DNA of 64,000 bases, from the NCBI RefSeq assembly GCF_021869535.1, contig NW_026262673.1:2976001-3040000 (forward strand). Reading direction: 5' to 3'. The stretch's first letter is position 1. Each line of letters starts with the position of its first letter. This stretch comes from Mytilus californianus (lineage: Eukaryota). The notes below the pieces were generated by a model. That model was not told the DNA's origin. It made no database searches and worked only from the letters and a program-made list of their open reading frames with translations. Position numbers and translations under genes: made by a program. Shown here one piece after another: positions 60,550 to 64,000 of this stretch.

Positions 60550-62235
60550 ATGGCCACTAATACAAATATTTGTGGTATATGTTCACTTCGACAGATAACG
60601 AAAAGATCAAATCACTGGTGCCCGGATTGTGAAGAAGCCATTTGTGATGAGTGTAAAGAACATCATGAATTACTGAAAGCCACCCGAACTCACGAACCCA
60701 TACCAATTTCAAACTACAGGTCACTTCCGGCATTCATAACTGATATACAGCAATCATGTGTCTATCACAATGAAAAGTATTTACAATACTGTGTTGAACA
60801 CGTGTTACCGATTTGTTTCAAATGCATCACAGACCATCAGAAATGCACGGTCATTCCACTTGAGGACGTCACTAATAATGCCAGAACATCCGAGCAATTT
60901 CAAGATTTAGAGATCAGATTGGAAGACTTAATGAAAAACATTGACAGAATAAAGAAAGACAGAAAGGCTAATGTGGCTAGTATTCAAGAAATGAAGAAAA
61001 AACATGTTGCAGAAATTAGGCAGATACGTATTCAAATAAACAAACATTTAGATAAACTTGAAAAACAAATTATTAAAGATATCGAAGATAAGGGAAGTCA
61101 GTGTAAGAAGAATATTGAGAAGATTTTGTCATCGGTCACAGAAAAGGAAACCAGGATAACTGAATGTCAGGCCAATGTCAAAAGCATCAAACAGTATGCT
61201 TCCGACCTTCAAACATTTCTTGGAATGAGAGAAATTGAGGAGAAGGTTTTTGAAAATGAGCAATACCTGCAGTCTTTGATAGATGCAAAAAGTTTTGATC
61301 AACTCTACCTATTCTGTAATGTAGACACCGGGGTGAATAGTATTTTGAACAGTTTGAAGAATTTTGGATCAATTGAAATAGAGAAGCGGGCTAGCAACAT
61401 CGGTTTTAGCAGAATGAAAGACAATCAAGCACAGTTACAAGTAGTAACGGCGTCAAAATCCATTGAAAATGTTAAGTTAATTCTACAGAAGAAAGTTACA
61501 ACACGTGAGAATATTAGAATAAGAGGTTGCAGTATGTCATTAAATGGCGATTTTTTCTTCACTGAGCATGTCTGTCATAAAAGGCTGATAGTTATTTCGT
61601 CAGACGGTAATCTCAAATATAACATGTCTCTTAAACCCAGTCATGGGTTTGACTTAACATTTACCGATGAGACAACTGTCGCTATTACATCTGGATATTC
61701 ACAGAACGAAACCGGTATTAATATGATAGACATAGAGAACCAAAGTAAAATAAAATTCATCAAACTTCCTAGTTATCCATACGGTATAGCACGTGATAGC
61801 GACTCGTTGTTTGTCTGTGTTCTAGGACATGGTATATATAAAGTAAATACTCTGGATGATACTACTTCTCTAGTGATCAGTTGTTACTTACCGCCTTATT
61901 CCTACGTATCTGTATTTACCGATAATATATACTTTACCGACGGTGACAGTGTAGTTTGTTGTGATCTCAATGGAACACGTGTTTGGACTTTTAAAGATGA
62001 TTCTATTTTAAACTGTCCAACAGGCATCACTGTAGATAATGATGGAAACGTGTACGTTGTTGGAGAACGATCGAGTAACGTGGTCATCATAGCAAACGAT
62101 CGAAAACACCACAAGGAAATCCTGACTACAAAGGATGGTCTCTGTCAGCCCTCTGCTATCTTCTTTGATAAACTGAAAAGGAAACTTCTTGTGGCAAATA
62201 TCAACAACACTGCCTTCCTTTACAGTGTTACGTAA
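60550..62235 (+). CDS. RING-less TRIM-like protein (561 aa): two B-boxes, coiled coil, C-terminal NHL-like beta-propeller
   Basis: CGICSLRQITKRSNHWCPDCEEAICDECKEHH, CVYHNEKYLQYCVEHVLPICFKCITDHQKC, heptad region, and propeller repeats (PTGITVDNDGNVYVVGERSSNVVII; PSAIFFDKLKRKLLVAN). Single coding exon, with an acceptor at 60541. Confidence 0.93.
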   Translation: MATNTNICGICSLRQITKRSNHWCPDCEEAICDECKEHHELLKATRTHEPIPISNYRSLPAFITDIQQSCVYHNEKYLQYCVEHVLPICFKCITDHQKCTVIPLEDVTNNARTSEQFQDLEIRLEDLMKNIDRIKKDRKANVASIQEMKKKHVAEIRQIRIQINKHLDKLEKQIIKDIEDKGSQCKKNIEKILSSVTEKETRITECQANVKSIKQYASDLQTFLGMREIEEKVFENEQYLQSLIDAKSFDQLYLFCNVDTGVNSILNSLKNFGSIEIEKRASNIGFSRMKDNQAQLQVVTASKSIENVKLILQKKVTTRENIRIRGCSMSLNGDFFFTEHVCHKRLIVISSDGNLKYNMSLKPSHGFDLTFTDETTVAITSGYSQNETGINMIDIENQSKIKFIKLPSYPYGIARDSDSLFVCVLGHGIYKVNTLDDTTSLVISCYLPPYSYVSVFTDNIYFTDGDSVVCCDLNGTRVWTFKDDSILNCPTGITVDNDGNVYVVGERSSNVVIIANDRKHHKEILTTKDGLCQPSAIFFDKLKRKLLVANINNTAFLYSVT

Positions 62236-62805
62236 AGACAATTGAATAAATATAAATCACGGACATGACATAAAAGTTCTGAATAAAATGCAATTTTATT
62301 TTATACTTAGTTTATACTTTATTTAACAGTTTACACCCAAACGGCATGCAAACAATTATGAACAAATAACTGAAATTTCTAAAAGAAAGCTGAGGGGATT
62401 TAAATGTTACTTTGAAAGAATTGTTTCTTATTGCAAATATAAAAATAAGAAGATGTGGTATGATTGCCAAAACATCAAACAGAATTAAATGAAATGAATG
62501 AAAGTAAGGGTCACTATATGGCCTTTAACAATGAGCAAACCCCAATCCGCATAGAAAGCTAAAAATTACGACGACATGACATAATATAGATTATCAATGG
62601 CACTTGGCTGACAAAATGAAACGATTCAAACGAGAAAACCAACTACGTTATTCACCGTGACCAATGCTACATATGGGGACTGTATTCGGTGTCATGCTTC
62701 GAACGAAATACAAATGTAGGTATAAATCGACAAATATCTAATCATTGAGATTGGTTAATAAAAACTGCGTACTTTATTTGGCCTTTTTAACTTTTATTGA
62801 TTCGA

Positions 62806-62849
62806 GCGTCACTGATGAGTCTTTTGTAGACGAAACGCGCGTCTGGCGC
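62806..62849 (+). ncRNA. Intact type I hammerhead ribozyme (retrozyme/Penelope-associated type)
   Basis: Stem I GCGTCA/TGGCGC, CTGATGA, stem II GTCT-TTTGT-AGAC, GAAA, minimal stem III C-GCGC-G, and a GTC cleavage triplet ending at 62843. Confidence 0.9.
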
Positions 62850-64000
62850 AAATACAAAATTTCAATCCTGGCATCTTTGATGAGTTTATTTGCATGGTAT
62901 GCATATACAATATAAAGGGTATTCGCAAGACAAAGTTTGTGTACATTATCTGTACAGGAAATATAAGAAAGGGCAGGCCCGATATTCCGACACCCCAATA
63001 GTCCAACAACTCCATAGTCCGACGCCTCATTAATCTATGAAATATTTCTAAAAAAAGTATTTATTTTTACAGTAACATTAGAAAGCCAAAGTAAAAGGTT
63101 CGAAATTTGGAATGCTACTGGAAAATGAGGATATACTGGATAGGGAAAGAATATATAAAACGTTGTAGTAAGTGTTCTTCAAGTGCAAAGAGTCTCTCTT
63201 TCAAGAGGCATCGGATTTTACGTCATCATTTTGAACGACGTGGCTGCGAATTCAAACATCCGGCACAGACAAAACGGACATCCCATTTTGTCAATGGTTT
63301 TACTGCTGGTCTTTTTACATTTATTTAATCACGCAATTTATATACTGAACATCGATAATGTCAACAGGGTCATTGCCTACGCATAGAAATCTGGTCTTCT
63401 GGATAACCCTTGCTAAAGCTAAGCATTCGTTTGACTGCGCGGAATGTATAAATACGCAGCCACGTCCGTTAGGAATGAGACGTTATATCCGATTCCTCGT
63501 AAATTGATTGATTGTTAGCTACTTAAAGTCCAGTGGCAAATAGCTCATGAAAATTAAAAATGAATACAATAGGTAGGTCCTGTATCATAGGCCGTCCGAA
63601 ATGAAAGTATAACTGCCACTGGAAAATGAAGTTATATTGGATAGGGAAAGAAATTTGGGTTTGCAACGGGCTTTTCACTCTCTTTACACGAGGCATGTAC
63701 GTAAAAGACCCATTGCAACATCATCTGGGTCCGTAGGAGGCCTGTTGCAAGGTAAAACTTTCTGTTTTTATCCAAGTTAAATTACAGTAAAAATGATGAT
63801 TGTAATTGTTGCAATGATTTTAAAACATCTAAAATTGACATAAAACAGAGAACTACGACGTCATTTCGACGTACAATTGTTTAGTTTAATGCAACTTCAG
63901 TCTTTATTGTTTTCCAGATTTGACTTCTTCAGACAAAGTAAAGAGTATTAAAATGCTCAACATCATAGCCACTGATCTATTACAGCTTACATATCTTTTT

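Overview
AT-rich, intron-containing eukaryotic DNA. The repeat families and gene types point to a bivalve mollusc, probably Mytilus-like; this is recognition from memory, not a database result. From left to right the window holds: (1) four phase-compatible exons of an unidentified + strand gene (2.0-6.0 kb); (2) a tandem cluster of four paralogous single-pass LRR membrane-protein genes (16.4-42.8 kb), all with the same 3-exon, phase-1/phase-1 structure and no TIR domain; (3) a duplicated pair of RING-less B-box/coiled-coil/beta-propeller (TRIM-like) genes, one with two nonsense codons (48.9-50.6 kb) and one intact (60.6-62.2 kb); (4) between them, a decayed Polinton/Maverick/adintovirus-like relic with a packaging ATPase split by a Tc1/mariner-type MITE, a DUF5679-like Zn ribbon, two small ORFs and a repeated ETS/CRE/IRF motif block; (5) one intact type I hammerhead ribozyme and three decayed ones; (6) LINE and Penelope-like fragments, MITEs, Helentron-like elements and many minisatellites. 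The most unusual pattern is that tandem arrays repeatedly begin on, or abut, splice sites. A 184-bp rod-like hairpin with strand-biased G-U pairs is also unexplained. All gene models were built by eye from splice signals and frame continuity.
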